NCBI RefSeq assembly: GCF_006345805.1
Contig: NW_021833062.1
Span: forward strand, 1-64,000
DNA length: 64,000 nt
Reading direction: 5' to 3'
From: Octopus sinensis
Taxonomy: Eukaryota
Part shown: positions 25,691 to 39,769 of the stretch, piece by piece
Layout of the letters: every line of letters starts with the position of its first letter
How positions within the stretch are numbered: position 1 is the first letter of the stretch
Made by a program: the position numbers and the translations under genes
Notes under the pieces: generated by a model
Told to the model about the DNA's origin: nothing
Database searches by the model: none
Seen by the model: the letters and a program-made list of their open reading frames with translations, nothing else

Positions 25691-27624
25691 GACATGAATT
25701 TTCCTGTCTAGTTATTCAGATTTCCTGATGGTTCTGGGAATTATTTTACTAATCCACTTCCAAAACTGTTCCACCCGATTGTTCTTAGTATTTATAAAGG
25801 TCTTTATGTAAGTAGCCCTTTCTAATTAAGTGCAACTAAGAAACAATAATATCACGTATGGATAACCCTAAAAACTTTTAAAAGCTATGTTATACCTCTT
25901 CGTTTATAATTAATAAATAGTTATCATGTCCCATAAAATCAATAATCCTTTAGAGAATGTCATGTAAAAATCTTTAGACATGCTAACTTAATAAATAAAC
26001 CGTTTTACAGTTTAAATAATTGAATGTTTATACATTTTATATAAATCTTCTCTTTTGATATTAAATAGGTATATATATATTTCATCATGACTTTTGTGAT
26101 TAAGCTTTTTTATTTCTTTTCAATTGCGTTTTCCCTACCTGAACGTTTTATTATTTTATAAATACTACATTTTATGAAATAAATCTAATATTTGGACTCC
26201 TAGAAAATCTTACTTCGCCTACATATAACAGTACGGGTATCTTCTCAGCTCATAATAAACTGCTTAGTTTATACTTTAATTAATATATAGTTAGCATGTT
26301 CTTTAGACTTAGTATACCTTTATTAAATACCAGTAATTGCCAATGATCAATCTTCATAGATTCCATCTAATAAGTTCAAATTTAAGCATATAAAATAAAT
26401 AAATATTAAACTATTTCTATGTAACAGTTTTCCACATTCTATTGTGGTAAATTTTGGTACATACTAAAAGTTCTTCAAACCTATTATCCTTTTGGTTATA
26501 ATATTCTTATTAATAATCTTGATAACCCTCAATTTTAAATTTACACAATATAGCAATATAGTTTTAAGGTATTCAACTATAGTTCCCCATGATAATATTT
26601 CCCTTGGTTTTACTAAAGTCTCGCTCATTTAATTGATAACGAAATATTTTCCTTTACCAAATCTCATTATGTTTCTTCAAAGAAAACTTGACAATTTTAT
26701 GACTATACCCACTATGATTTCGGTCAACTCCCTCAGCCCTTTTCCTAACAAAAACTGCTCCGTTTTCCTTTGCTTTAGATTTCGATATACAAAGATTTGA
26801 ATTACAAATCTATAAATTAAAACTGACAACAAAAAACAGTGACAAGATAGATCTCTAACAAGAGTTTTTTCCTGATAACTTGATAGCTTTTAACACGAAG
26901 TGAAGACAGAATGATCTTCGTCGCTCACTTTTCCTTCTTGGGGGTTTTAATTAAAATTATCCTAATGTGTCCATCTGTTTTAATTTAATTCAATTCTATG
27001 TATTTTTGCAGCTTAGGATTGCTCTGCATTTAAATGGATGTTATGGTTGAATTGTTCAATTAAATGGAGTGGCTTCAATCGATTGTACTGCATTATCGCA
27101 GGATATCCTGTTGCTAAATTTTGATTTCAATGACCTTATTTGGAAATGTAAGGATAATACCGTACTAAACTGTAGAGATGCGACGCACGTTACACCCCAA
27201 CACCCGAAACTCGGAGTTTTATCTTGGCTACCGAATAAGTGTCACATTTTACAAACACATATATATATAGTGTGTGTATTGATATATGTGTGCTGCGAAA
27301 GAAAGGCGTTTCAGGTAGATTGTAATAGATGTATGAAGAGCATTCGATGTTATCCACATCCAAAAAGTTTCAACGCCAGGGAATACGAAGGCAAAACTAG
27401 AATATGTGGATATTTCTATTCAAATATAATGCGCAACAATTTCACTTACTAATATTAATTACAAATTATTTAAATAATTCTTTCTGTGCCGATAACATAT
27501 TAGAAAAATGGTTGCCTTTAATAAACGAGGGAAACATGACACATCAGGTGAGGTTGTATGTATCTAAAGTGCTTTAAAATTAAAATCTTAACAGTTGCCA
27601 TTGTGTTTGACACGAATACCAACG

Positions 27625-27667
27625 ATGAAATATGTTCTACTACTTCTACTTTTAATTCTCCTGCAAG
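27625..27667 (+). CDS. Candidate exon 1 (signal peptide) MKYVLLLLLLILLQ
   Basis: ATG with A at -3, K followed by a Leu-rich hydrophobic core, consensus donor AAG|GTAAGT in phase 1. Confidence 0.6.
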
Positions 27668-28339
27668 GTAAGTAAAATCCATATCATTTCACTTGATCTC
27701 GCAACGAGTGAGGTATCCATTATCTCTTAATACGTATATATGTATACCCGTCTCTCTACATCCCTCCCCACCTCTCTCCCTCTCTCTCTCTCCATATATA
27801 TATATATATGTATCACCGTGATCGTCGTGACTGACCAGGATATCGGATGCTTCTATACATCGCTTATCACCATGTGCTTGGCATTGTTTTGGCTTTCAAT
27901 GACGCTATCCCGCTGGATAAGAGAGCAGGCCAACAGAAAAAAGAGCGAGAGAACGTCGTGGCGAAAGAGTACAGGAGGGATATCCACACCATCCTACCGT
28001 AGCTGTCTCCGCACGCAGAAGCATACACATACAAACGCATACACACACATGCATACAAACACACACACGCACACACACACACACTCACACACACACACAC
28101 ACTTACACACACATATATATAGATAAATTGATTTAACAAATATAAATATATTTGTGTCTATGAATATATATGCATGTATGTATGTATATATATATATATT
28201 TTGGCGGGGGGGGGGGCACACACCACATTCCCCAAAACGGAGGTACCCAGATATAATGCGTGCTACAAAACACCAGCATATTATTGAAAGGTCAGCTGCT
28301 GAACAAGAATCTTTCTTGCGCATGGCATAAAAGATTGAA

Positions 28340-31300
28340 CAGCAGCTAACCTGGCTCAATCAAACTCAAACTCGCAGATGGGACTATCCACAATTCACAA
28401 GACCGCCACAGCAAATAGACCCAAGTTGGACACCACGTGCAAAAGCACATACATCACCTCGATGCTCCTACTGAACATCAGAGGACTGCTAACACACAGT
28501 AACAGGACAAAAATCCCGTTCTTGAGACACCTTGTTGCATTCAATCAAGCCTTATGCATAGTACCTTCGGAAACACACCTGAAACCGGACATAGTAGATG
28601 CAGAAATACACATACCGCAGTATGTTGTACTACGGACATACAGAAAAGAAAGGAGTTATTGAGGAGTAGCCATGTACATCCGCTAGGACCTCACACCTCA
28701 GGTCTTTTGTCATGCTCAAATTCGGTGTAAGACACACTAATTGTACATATAAGGCAAATTGGTGTAGTTATATGTGCTACATATCGCCCTCCAGCTGCCC
28801 CAAGCCATGTGGGCAAGTTTGAAGATTGCCTTATAAACATATAATTTCTAGTCACATTAGAACAACACAAAACTTTACTTCTTATGGGAGACCTCAATCT
28901 GCCAATGTCAAATGGCCCGAGGGCCTTTTTCTCACAGGAATGACACGATGTGAATGAGGACAGGCGAGGTCCCTCCTGAAACTTATCAACACTCCGTACA
29001 TGGAGCAAGTACTACTCCAACCAACCAGGGCAGGTAACATACTGGATCTCTGCTTCACAAATAATATGGATCTCATCCATAATGTGAAAGTGACACAGAC
29101 ACTACTCTCGGAACACAGCATGTTAGAGCTGACCAACTACGGGCCAAAGGAAAGCGTGGACATGCAGCCTACAAGAAAACCACAGAAACTTTCCAGCTTG
29201 AACTTCCATAAGGCAAACTGGAAACAAATTGAGGAAGAGATCCTCAAACAAAACTGGCCTGAATGTCTATCCTTGATGGACATCGACATGAAACTTCAAC
29301 AATTCATGTCTGTAATGCAAGCCATATGCTTCAAATGTGTCCCAGAGAGAAAGGCCACTGTACATAAGAGCAAAATTGCCAGAGAAAGGAAAATTCTAAT
29401 GAGACGGCGTACAAAATTTCAAATCGCCTAAACAAAAAATTGAAAGCAGTGAAAAGTCCCACCTGAATATAAAACTGTTGGAAATTGAACCCATGAAAAA
29501 GAAAGAGCAGACAAAGAAGCCTGGGCTTTAGGCAACATAAAATCTAACCCCAGAGCTTTCTACAGGTATGCCAAAGAAACAGCTACGGTGCACTGTAGGA
29601 TAGGGCCACTCCTTGAAAATGATGGCACGCTCACAGGAAACCCAAAGAGGATAAGTGAAATACTAAATGAGCAATTCACGAGTATTTTCACTCCAGCCCT
29701 AGGGCATATTCATGTCAGCAATCCAACTGACTTCTTTACCACTGCAGATATAAAACCAGGGGCTGCGATGTAATAAAAACGATGTAATAAAGGCTATAGT
29801 TAAATTGAAAACAAACTCAGCTACTGGCCCCGATGGATTCCCAGCAAACCTCTTAAAAGTATGTAAGAGAGTCCTAACAAGACCACTGCAGTTCCTCTTT
29901 CAGAGCTTCCTTGCAACTGGCAAATTTCCAAGAAAACTGAAGGTAAAATATGCCCTATTCAGAAAGGAGGTAGCTGAGCGGAGGCCAATAACTACAGACC
30001 TGTCTCTCTCACCTCACACACCAGCAAGATCATGGAACGAATGGTCAGAAGAAAACTATTTACTTTCCTTAAAGAAAATGACTTGCTTCCTGACACCCAA
30101 CATCGATTCTGACGAGGAAGAAGCTGCCTAACTCAGCTCCAACAACACTATGACTGGGTGCTGAAACGACTGCTCAACCACTCAAATGTGGAAGTGATAT
30201 ATCCCGACTTTGCAAAGGTCTTTTATAAAGTCGATCGTGGAATGATATGTCAGACACTGCGTGATCTTGGCATCGTAGGAAAATTGGGAGAATGCCTTCA
30301 TGACTTTCTGAAGGATAGAATCCAAGATATAATAGCCAATGGGGTCACTTCCATTAACCCGCAAATAGTGGGCGGTGGTCCGCAAGGCACTGTTTTGGGA
30401 CCACTGCTGTTCATAATGGCCCTTTCTGACATGAACTCAGCCACACAGAAGTCCACGATCACACGTTATGCAGATGATACAAACGTTTCACAGGCAATAC
30501 TGAACACTGAAGACACTAAGCACCTACAATGTGACCTGGACAAAATATACAAGTGGGCTGAAACGAATAGCATGCAGTTCAATGCTGAACAGTTTCAAGC
30601 TTAATGCTATCAGCATGCAATACTAAAAGCAATACCCAATAAATTCACTGGGCCTGGTGGAATTGCAATCCCAGAGTCAAAATCAGTGCGAGACCTGGGT
30701 ATTTACGTGAGTGATGATGCAACCTTTCATGTGCATGATGCTAATTTGGCAATGAAATGTAGGCGGCTGACCGGATGGATTCTTAGTTTCTTTAGAAAAA
30801 GAGACCAGGAAACCATGATGGTCAATTGGAGGACACTTGTCCTAAGCCACTTTGACTATTGCTCTCAGCTATGGTCACCAGCCAGTGTCAAGTAATTCAC
30901 AGAACTTGAGGCGATCCAACGAAATTACACGAAGATGATAGCCTCCGTGCAGCATAAGAGCTACTGGGAAAGACTCAAGAGATTAAGACTCTATTCATTA
31001 GAGCGTAGGCGAGAGAGATATGCCATAATATACATCTGGAAGATCCTAGAAGGACTTGTCCCAAACTTTGGCATCGAGAGTTACACAAATGCTACAACTG
31101 GGTGCCACTGCATAGTGCCAAGGACTCCAAATTTGCTATCAAGATGTAGGACAGATGCTGAGATAGCCTGGGCTTCAGCGGCCCACAGCTCTTTAATATC
31201 CTCCCGAAGAACCTGAGAGAACTGCATGTGGTGGATGCAGATGTCTTTAAAATGAAAGTGGATCTCTTCCTGTCAGGTGTCCCAGATGAACCAACTTCAC

Positions 31301-31460
31301 GGCAGGAGGTGCAGATGAGGGCAGCTGCATAGAATGCCCGCATTCACCAAATGGCATTTGATAAAAAGCATTCGTGAAGTAAAATCGTGTAGCATCATCA
31401 AATGGCGGTTCAGCAGCATGGACACAGCTCCTGAGCTGAAACAAGATGAGGTAAAAAAAA
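28340..31460 (+). mobile_element. CR1/L2-type LINE ORF2 (APE+RT), near full length, pseudogenised
   Basis: LLNIRGL, ETHL, GDLNL, PTRAGNILDLCFTN (APE); ATGPDGFP, DFAKVFYKV, PQGTVLGPLLF, YADD, LERRRERY (RT and C-terminus). Confidence 0.9.
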
Positions 31461-31514
31461 AAGTCAATATATATTTATATTTATGTATATATATATATAT
31501 ATATACGCATATAT

Positions 31515-31550
<36 letters not shown>

Positions 31551-31936
31551 CGTATATATATATATATATGTGTGTGTGTATGTGTATAAGGATATATATA
31601 TATATATATATAAGTGTGTGTTTGTGTGTATGTGTATAAGAATATATATACATTGTAACAAGGAGGATATTGAAACATCATATATATATTAATCCAAGAT
31701 ACAGTGGTTCAATATATCATATATTCTAGAGATATTTCTGCAATGAATATATAACGAAAAATATCGGAAACGGTCAAGCAGTATTATCTACTCAAACAGA
31801 GTATTGTTATGTATAATAATCGATATCTAACTAAGGAACATGCTGATTAATTGATAATGTAATTCCTTACAATTGGATATCTCTGTTTTGTATCTCGATC
31901 ATATTACTGATTATAATAATAATAATAATAATAATA

Positions 31937-32004
<68 letters not shown>

Positions 32005-32014
32005 TTAATAATAA

Positions 32015-33705
32015 TTAGATTCTTCAGGAACAACAACATGTTCAAAAATAATCCCCAAAATTTTTACAGGAAGATAGGAAAAACAACAGTTACTGTAAAG
32101 TCTGTACCATCAAAAGAAGAAGTGCAGGGATTTTGGAATAAAATTTGGGCAGAAGAAAAAACACACAGCGAAAAGGCCTCCTGGATTGATAGAATATCTA
32201 AAGAACTGGACTCCTTAAAAGAACAAATGTGGGAGGATGTCAAGGTAGAAGATATAAGATCTGCTCTCAGGAGGTCAATCAAATGGAAGTCTCCAGGAAA
32301 GGATAAAATCCATAACGTTTGGTTGAATGCCTTCCCAGAGAGCCATGAATTGCTAACATAACTTTACAATGATGTTTTGCAACACCCTAGTAGGATTCCT
32401 CCTTGGCTAGTTAATGGGTTAACATTCCTCCTTCTAAAAAGTGAAGAAACAAATGAACCAAAAAACTATAGACCCATAACCTGCTTAACAACTATGTATA
32501 AAACACTAACATCTGTCCTGACGGAATATACCTATAGTTTTTTGACACACAGCAGCATATTCCCTAATGAAGAGAAAGGATGTAAACGTGGATCCTACGG
32601 TTGTAAAGATCAACTACTCATCAATAAGATGATCTTAGAAGATTGTCACAAACGACACAAAAACTTATCAATAGCCTGGATAGACTATAAAAAGGCTTTT
32701 GATAGCCTACCACATAGCTGGATTAAGAAATGCCTAGAAATGTATAAGATAGCACCTACTCTGCGAAACTTTTTGTCTGTAAGTATGAGATCATGGAGAA
32801 CCACACTAAATTTCAACAGTGACAATGAATCTCTATATGCTGGTGATGTAAAAATTTCATATGGCATTTTCCAGGGTGACTCACTATCACCACTCCTCTT
32901 CTGTTAAGCCTTTATACCTCTCTAAAAACTGCTCAATGATGCGCAGTACGGGTATAAAAGGTTTGATAAAAATATAAATCATCTCATTTACATGGATGAT
33001 TTAAAGCTCTTTGCAAAAAGTGACCAACAACTCAAGGGCTTACTAGCGATTGTCAAACAATTCCGTGATGACATCAGAATGCAATTTGGCCTCGATAAGT
33101 GTGCAAAAGCTACCTTTATCAATTGAAAAATGACAAAAACATCTAACGTTAACCTTGACCAGCAGAATGTCATAAAAGAATTAGACTCAGCAGATTTTCC
33201 AGTCAACACAGACAGAACGATCAAGGCTAAACGAACATACATAATTGTTAAAGACAGGGAAGAAAATGCCTGCAGACTAATAGAGGTAAGCGTCCCCACT
33301 GATAAAAATGTATCTCTAAAGGAATTTGATAAACTTAGTAAATATAAGGACCTGGAAATCGAAATACAAAAGATGTGGAATCTTAAAACAAAAACTGTTC
33401 CTGTTATTGTAGGTGCCCTAGGTATGATAAAAAAGGGATGTCAGAAAGACATAGACAATGTCCTTGGAGAACCATGTCTCAAGGTAATCCAAAGGATGGT
33501 GCTAACAAGTACTGCCAACATCCTTAGAAAAACACTATCAATGTAAATGTTTGTGTTTGTATTACATGGAGATATTTCTCTACTTCCCCTCACCAAGCTT
33601 TCAGCTATATTTCAACAACTCTTAACCTTCACTTGCCCTAGGGCGCTGGGTGTGCCCCGGCAAGTGATTGCATCAAACATGCAGATTAAAAGTAAATGAC
33701 AATGA
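32015..33705 (+). mobile_element. RLE retrotransposon chimera: family-B RT fused to family-C RLE and 3'UTR
   Basis: WKSPGKDKIHNVW, NYRPITCL, GCKDQLLINK, AWIDYKKAFDS, GIFQGDSLSPLLF, YMDDLKLF, then a jump ELDSA|DFPVNTDRT at about 33192. Confidence 0.8.
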
Positions 33706-33757
33706 TAATAATAATAATAATAATAACAGTAATAATAATAATATAATAATAATAATA

Positions 33758-33792
<35 letters not shown>

Positions 33793-33807
33793 TAATAATA
33801 ATAATAA

Positions 33808-34490
33808 ATCTCTGGATGTAACGTCTTACCACCAGTGGAGTATAAATTAAGAAATGACAGAGTTGGCCAATATCTCCACTGGCTAATAAGTCGGCATTAC
33901 AATATCAAAACTGCCGACAAGTGGTATAATCACCACCCTGAGGTTGTAACTGAAGGAGAAAATGTAACCATTCGGTGGGGCTTTCCAGTACATACAGACC
34001 GAACCATCAAGGCCAATATACCAGATATTGTTGTGAAAGACCAAAACAATAAAGTTTGCTTATTGATCGACATGAGCATCCCCTGTGATCATAATATCTC
34101 AGGGAAAGAGTTTGACAAGCTCAGAAAATATAAAGACCTACTCATTGAAATTGAGAATATGTAGCATCTCAAGGCGGTTACAATACCAGTGATCGTAGGA
34201 GCACTAGGAATGATCAAGAAGGGAACCGAAAATTATATGAGAATGATCCCTGGCTTACCATCCCTGCAAGAAGTGCAAAAGATTGTCTTAACTTGTACAT
34301 CACACGTATTGAGAAGAGCATTGTCGATGTGAGAACTGTTGCTGCTCATGTATTTTAATTTAACTTTAAAAAAATGAACGAACTACTGAGTTTGGTTTAA
34401 TGGCCTACCAATGTATACTATGAGTTTCTTTGCCCTAGGAGTCGGGAAGACACTCGGCAAGAAATGGAAGCAAATTTGAAAGAAAAAAGT
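33808..34490 (+). mobile_element. RLE retrotransposon, family A 3' fragment
   Basis: EYKLRNDRVGQYLHW...IPDIVVKD...KYKDLLIEIE. Family-A 3'UTR, AAT both sides. Confidence 0.9.
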
Positions 34491-34539
34491 AATAATAATA
34501 ATAATAATAATAATAATTATAAAAATAATAATAATAGTA

Positions 34540-36475
34540 TAAACTGCTAAGAGAACATTACAATGATGTTTTGCAACACCCTAGTAGGATGGCTCCTTGG
34601 CTAGTTGATGGATTAACATTCCTTCTTTCAAAAGTGAAGAAACATATGAACCAATAATCTATAGACCCATAACCTGTTTAACAACTATATATACGGGTAT
34701 AAAATGTTTGATATAAATATAAATCATCTCATTTACATGGATGATTTAAAGCTCTTTGCAAAAGTTGACCAACAACTGAAGGGCTTACTAACGATTGTTA
34801 ACCAATTCGGCGATAACATCAAAATGCAATATGGCCTCGATTATTGTTCAAAAGCTACTTTTATCACAGGAAAAATGACAGAAAACTCTAACGTAAATCT
34901 TGACCGGCAGAATGTCATACAAGAATTAGACTCAGCGGAGAGCTACAAGTACCTGGGTGTAATTGAATTTGACGGAATAAGGCATATAGTGATGAAGGAA
35001 TGGATCAGTAGAGGGTGTTATTACAGCGTTAGAGAAATACTCAAGACAGAGCTGAATGCGAGAAACAGGATCGAAGCGATCAATGCTTTAGCCACACCAG
35101 TCGTGACTGACAGTTTCAATATCGTTAACTGGTCAATTACTGAAATATGTCAACTCGACAGAAAAATACGAAAACTATTGACAATGCATAGAATGTACCA
35201 TCCTAAGGCAGATGCAGAACGATTTTAACTGCAAAGAAAAGAGGGAGGCCGTGGACTTTTACAACTGGATATAACAATGAAGATTGCTTTAATTGGCCGA
35301 GTCACCTACCTGAAAAACTGTTAGGAAAGGATTTTAAAACTTGTTTCAAAACATGAAAACAAGAACGCATCACACACTGTTACAAAAGGGGCAGGGGTAT
35401 ATCTAAGTGTATTCCGAATACGACAAACTTCAGAATTAGACATACAAGAAACAAGCACAGAAAAAGCAAAGCGCATGAAAACCCGTGCTAAAACTGCGGC
35501 CTTAGATATTCTGAATGATATATGGCAAGAAAACCCTCTCTATGGCAAATACTCAAAGAGAGCCTATATGCAGATATTGACAAATCCCTGACCCACCAAT
35601 GACTAATGGCCTCTAACTTAAAATCTGAAACATAAGGGTTATTATAGCAGCTAAAGATCAATGTCTACCAACAAGAAACTACCAGGCCAACATATTAAAG
35701 AACGGCAGTAGCGCAACATGTCGTATGTGTCAACAACGAAATGAAACCATTGATCATGTGGTCTTCAAATGCAGTTCTAGCGCCTACAGAGTACCTCAAT
35801 AGGCATGATAGAGCTGCACAATATAGTCACTGGGTAATTTGCAAGAAACTGGATTTGCCCCATGAAAAGAACTGGTAGGAACACAAACCATCCCAGCGCT
35901 TGAAAATGACCACATCTCATTCTTCTGAATCTTCAACATTCAAACTGACAGAAAGATAGATTCAAATAGGCCAGACATCATATTGAAAGATTTCAGACAA
36001 AGTACAAGCCTCCTCATTGATATTACTGTCCCAATCGATATAACCGTATTTGTCAAGACCTACCAAAAACTGAGGAAATATAAAAATCTTGAAATAGAAA
36101 TCAGCAATATGTGGTACCTGAAGACGAGAACAACACTTGTTGTCATAAGTGCCCTGAGAATGATAGCAAAAGGGGCTGATAGCTACCTAACGCAGATACC
36201 AGGAAACCCACAAATGGCAGTAATTCAAAAGATAGTACTCATGGGAACTGCTCATATCCTACGCAAAATACTTTCTATGTAATCTCAATGTTTAAGACAA
36301 ACATAATTCTCGTTTTTTTTTACATTCTCTAGCAAAACACCAAAAAACAAACAAAAACAAATATATGCCACACTAGGCATAACAACAATATGAACATCCA
36401 ACCTGTTGTGTCTTGAGTTCTCTGGGTGAGACTTGGAGCCAACTTGTACAAATATAAAGCAAAAGTCAAACGTAG
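34540..36475 (+). mobile_element. RLE retrotransposon, family B, RT-to-RLE with internal deletion
   Basis: YMDDLKLF...SYKYLG...RKIRKLLTMHRM...RLE. About 450 bp of RT deleted near 34690. Family-B 3'UTR. Confidence 0.85.
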
Positions 36476-36476
36476 A

Positions 36477-36795
<319 letters not shown>

Positions 36796-36884
36796 ACATA
36801 ATTCGAGACAAAACCACTATTTTAAAACCAAAGAAGGAAAGACTTAATCAATACATAAAATGTTAATATAAATTAAATAAACCG

Positions 36885-36927
36885 CCACTACAAATGTTTC
36901 ATGTCTGCTCCGACAATCTTCAGGTGG
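36885..36927 (-). ncRNA. Type I hammerhead ribozyme (minimal), predicted
   Basis: ccac-CTGAAGA-t-TGTC-ggagca-GACA-t-GAA-AC-attt-GT-A-gtgg: intact core, stems I/II/III, GUA cleavage triplet. Confidence 0.65.
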
Positions 36928-37030
36928 ATTTTCGATCTAAGAATAGCAATATTTTAAAATATAATTTAAAATAATTTAAAATAATAAAACAATAAAATTA
37001 TCAATGAAATAATGTAAAAAAATATAAATA

Positions 37031-37135
37031 TAATCTATATATAATCTATATATAATCTATATATAATCTATATATAATCTATATATAATCTATATATAAT
37101 CTATATATAATCTATATATAATCAATATATAATCT
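37031..37135 (+). repeat. 11-bp minisatellite (TAATCTATATA)n
   Basis: About 9 units, read directly. Confidence 0.9.
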
Positions 37136-37237
37136 AAAATAATCTAAAATAAACCCTATAAACAATTGAATATAAAAACCTATTATAAAATTTCTCATAT
37201 TTGAAAATGTACAAAAACCAAAAAACAATATATATAC

Positions 37238-38616
37238 AAATATAAGAGAGTGTCCACCATGTGGTCGCTTTGCGCTAAAGTTAGATCCGCAATGGTCTCA
37301 ACCATCAAGATTTGTTCCCAAGGAGAATTAGCAAATCTATGATCGTAAACGATCAGGACCAATGAAAAATATCAAAAATGTAGATTCATTCTAGACATTT
37401 GTTTCGATGTTAATGGAATATGCAATTTTACTTACATAATAAAACTGCAGGTCTTCAGTAGAATTTGTCGAAGTGGCTTAGCGAATAAAATCCTGGGATA
37501 CAGTAAAAATTAATACACAAATATAAGAATATATTTCTTTACTTTTCTAAAGGTGTACCACTTACTAGCGTTTTTGTATTTTGATTTTTGTTTTTTTTAG
37601 AGATTTATATATATATATATCTATATATAATCTATATATAATCAATATATAATCTAAAATAATCTAAAATAAACCCTATAAACAATTGAATATAAAAACC
37701 TATTATAAAATTTCTCATATTTGAAAATGTACAAAAACCAAAAAACAATATATATACAAATATAAGAGAGTGTCTACTATGTTTTCACTCTTGCGATAAA
37801 AATAGGTCTCAACCACCAAGAATTGTTCCAATTGAGATTTAGCACAACTATGAACGTTAACGAGCAGGACAAAATGAAAAAAAACAAAATGTAGATTCAT
37901 TCTAGACATTTCTCTTGCTGTTAATGGATTATGCAATGTTATTACATAATAGTACTGCATCTCTTCAGTAGAATTTGTCGTGAATACAATTTACTGAACC
38001 GTACACCAGATTTTGACATAAAGCCAAACACTCACGTGTTTCAGTCTATTATATTCGCAGTTATGATTCGAATGCCCTCGTTATAGAGCGCAAAAAATTC
38101 CCGAAAACAAATACTGCATAAATAATTTACTTCAGTATAATTAAAATGAAAAATAAGAGTGAAAAAATTGTATATTAATTTAATAATAACATCAATTTAA
38201 CACCAGGTGGTTTAGCGCATAAAAACCGGGGATAATTAAAAATTAATAGACAAATATAAGAGAGTGTCCACCATGTGGTCGCTTTGCGCTAAAGTTAGAT
38301 CCGCAATGGTCTCAACCATCAAGATTTGTTCCCAAGGAGAATTAGCAAATCTATGATCGTAAACGATCAGGACCAATGAAAAATATCAAAAATGTAGATT
38401 CATTCTAGACATTTGTTTCGATGTTAATGGAATATGCAATTTTACTTACATAATAAAACTGCAGGTCTTCAGTAGAATTTGTCGAAGTGGCTTAGCGAAT
38501 AAAATCCTGGGATACAGTAAAAATTAATACACAAATATAAGAATATATTTCTTTACTTTTCTAAAGGTGTACCACTTACTAGCGTTTTTGTATTTTGATT
38601 TTTGTTTTTTTTAGAG

Positions 38617-38650
<34 letters not shown>
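37238..38650 (+). repeat. Local direct repeats: ~380-bp block at 37238-37615 and 38250-38630, with a diverged copy at 37750-37980
   Basis: Direct comparison (gagtgtccaccatgtggtcgctttgcg...). Confidence 0.85.
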
Positions 38651-39290
<640 letters not shown>

Positions 39291-39347
39291 GAAGTGATAC
39301 TGATATAAGTGAATAATGATTGACAAAAAATGTTCTTCGATTTCAAG

Positions 39348-39447
39348 GTTACGTCGCAGCACATTTCTGCTATGTTACAGCGATAACAACATGTCGTGAT
39401 TCTATGATAAAATATCCTTTAAGAAACCCGGATCTACACTATTGCGA
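39348..39447 (+). CDS. Candidate exon 2 (G)YVAAHFCYVTAITTCRDSMIKYPLRNPDLHYC
   Basis: Acceptor tttcaag, donor GA|gtaact, 100 nt, phase 1 to phase 2. Completes a signal peptide ending V-A-A when joined to exon 1. Confidence 0.6.
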
Positions 39448-39769
39448 GTAACTATGCTTGTTTTCGACGATTATTTCTCTTATTTTTCTACATTAATTTA
39501 TAATTAATAATAATTGAACTTTTCCTGTAGGTTGTAATATTATGCCTTGCTCTTCATATTAATTTGACATAATGTGTTTGGGTGTGCTTTTGTGCGTATG
39601 TGTATATATATATATATATTTATTTATATGTATTTATGTGTGTGTGCGTTTGTGCGTGTATATATATATTCTGATTTTGATTTTGATTTTTCCAGTTTCA
39701 GCTAATGAGCTGTGGCCATGATGGGGCACCGCCATTATATATATATATATATCTATATATATATATATA

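Noticed and set aside
27069-27452. 127-aa ORF upstream of exon 1
   Set aside because: No recognisable motif, runs through TA/TG low complexity, and there is no supporting homology.
39530-39570. Strong acceptor 82 nt after exon 2 (would give ...HYCEL*)
   Set aside because: It yields a 3-Cys truncated peptide, whereas the 52790 exon continues the Cys pattern. It remains possible only as a minor isoform.
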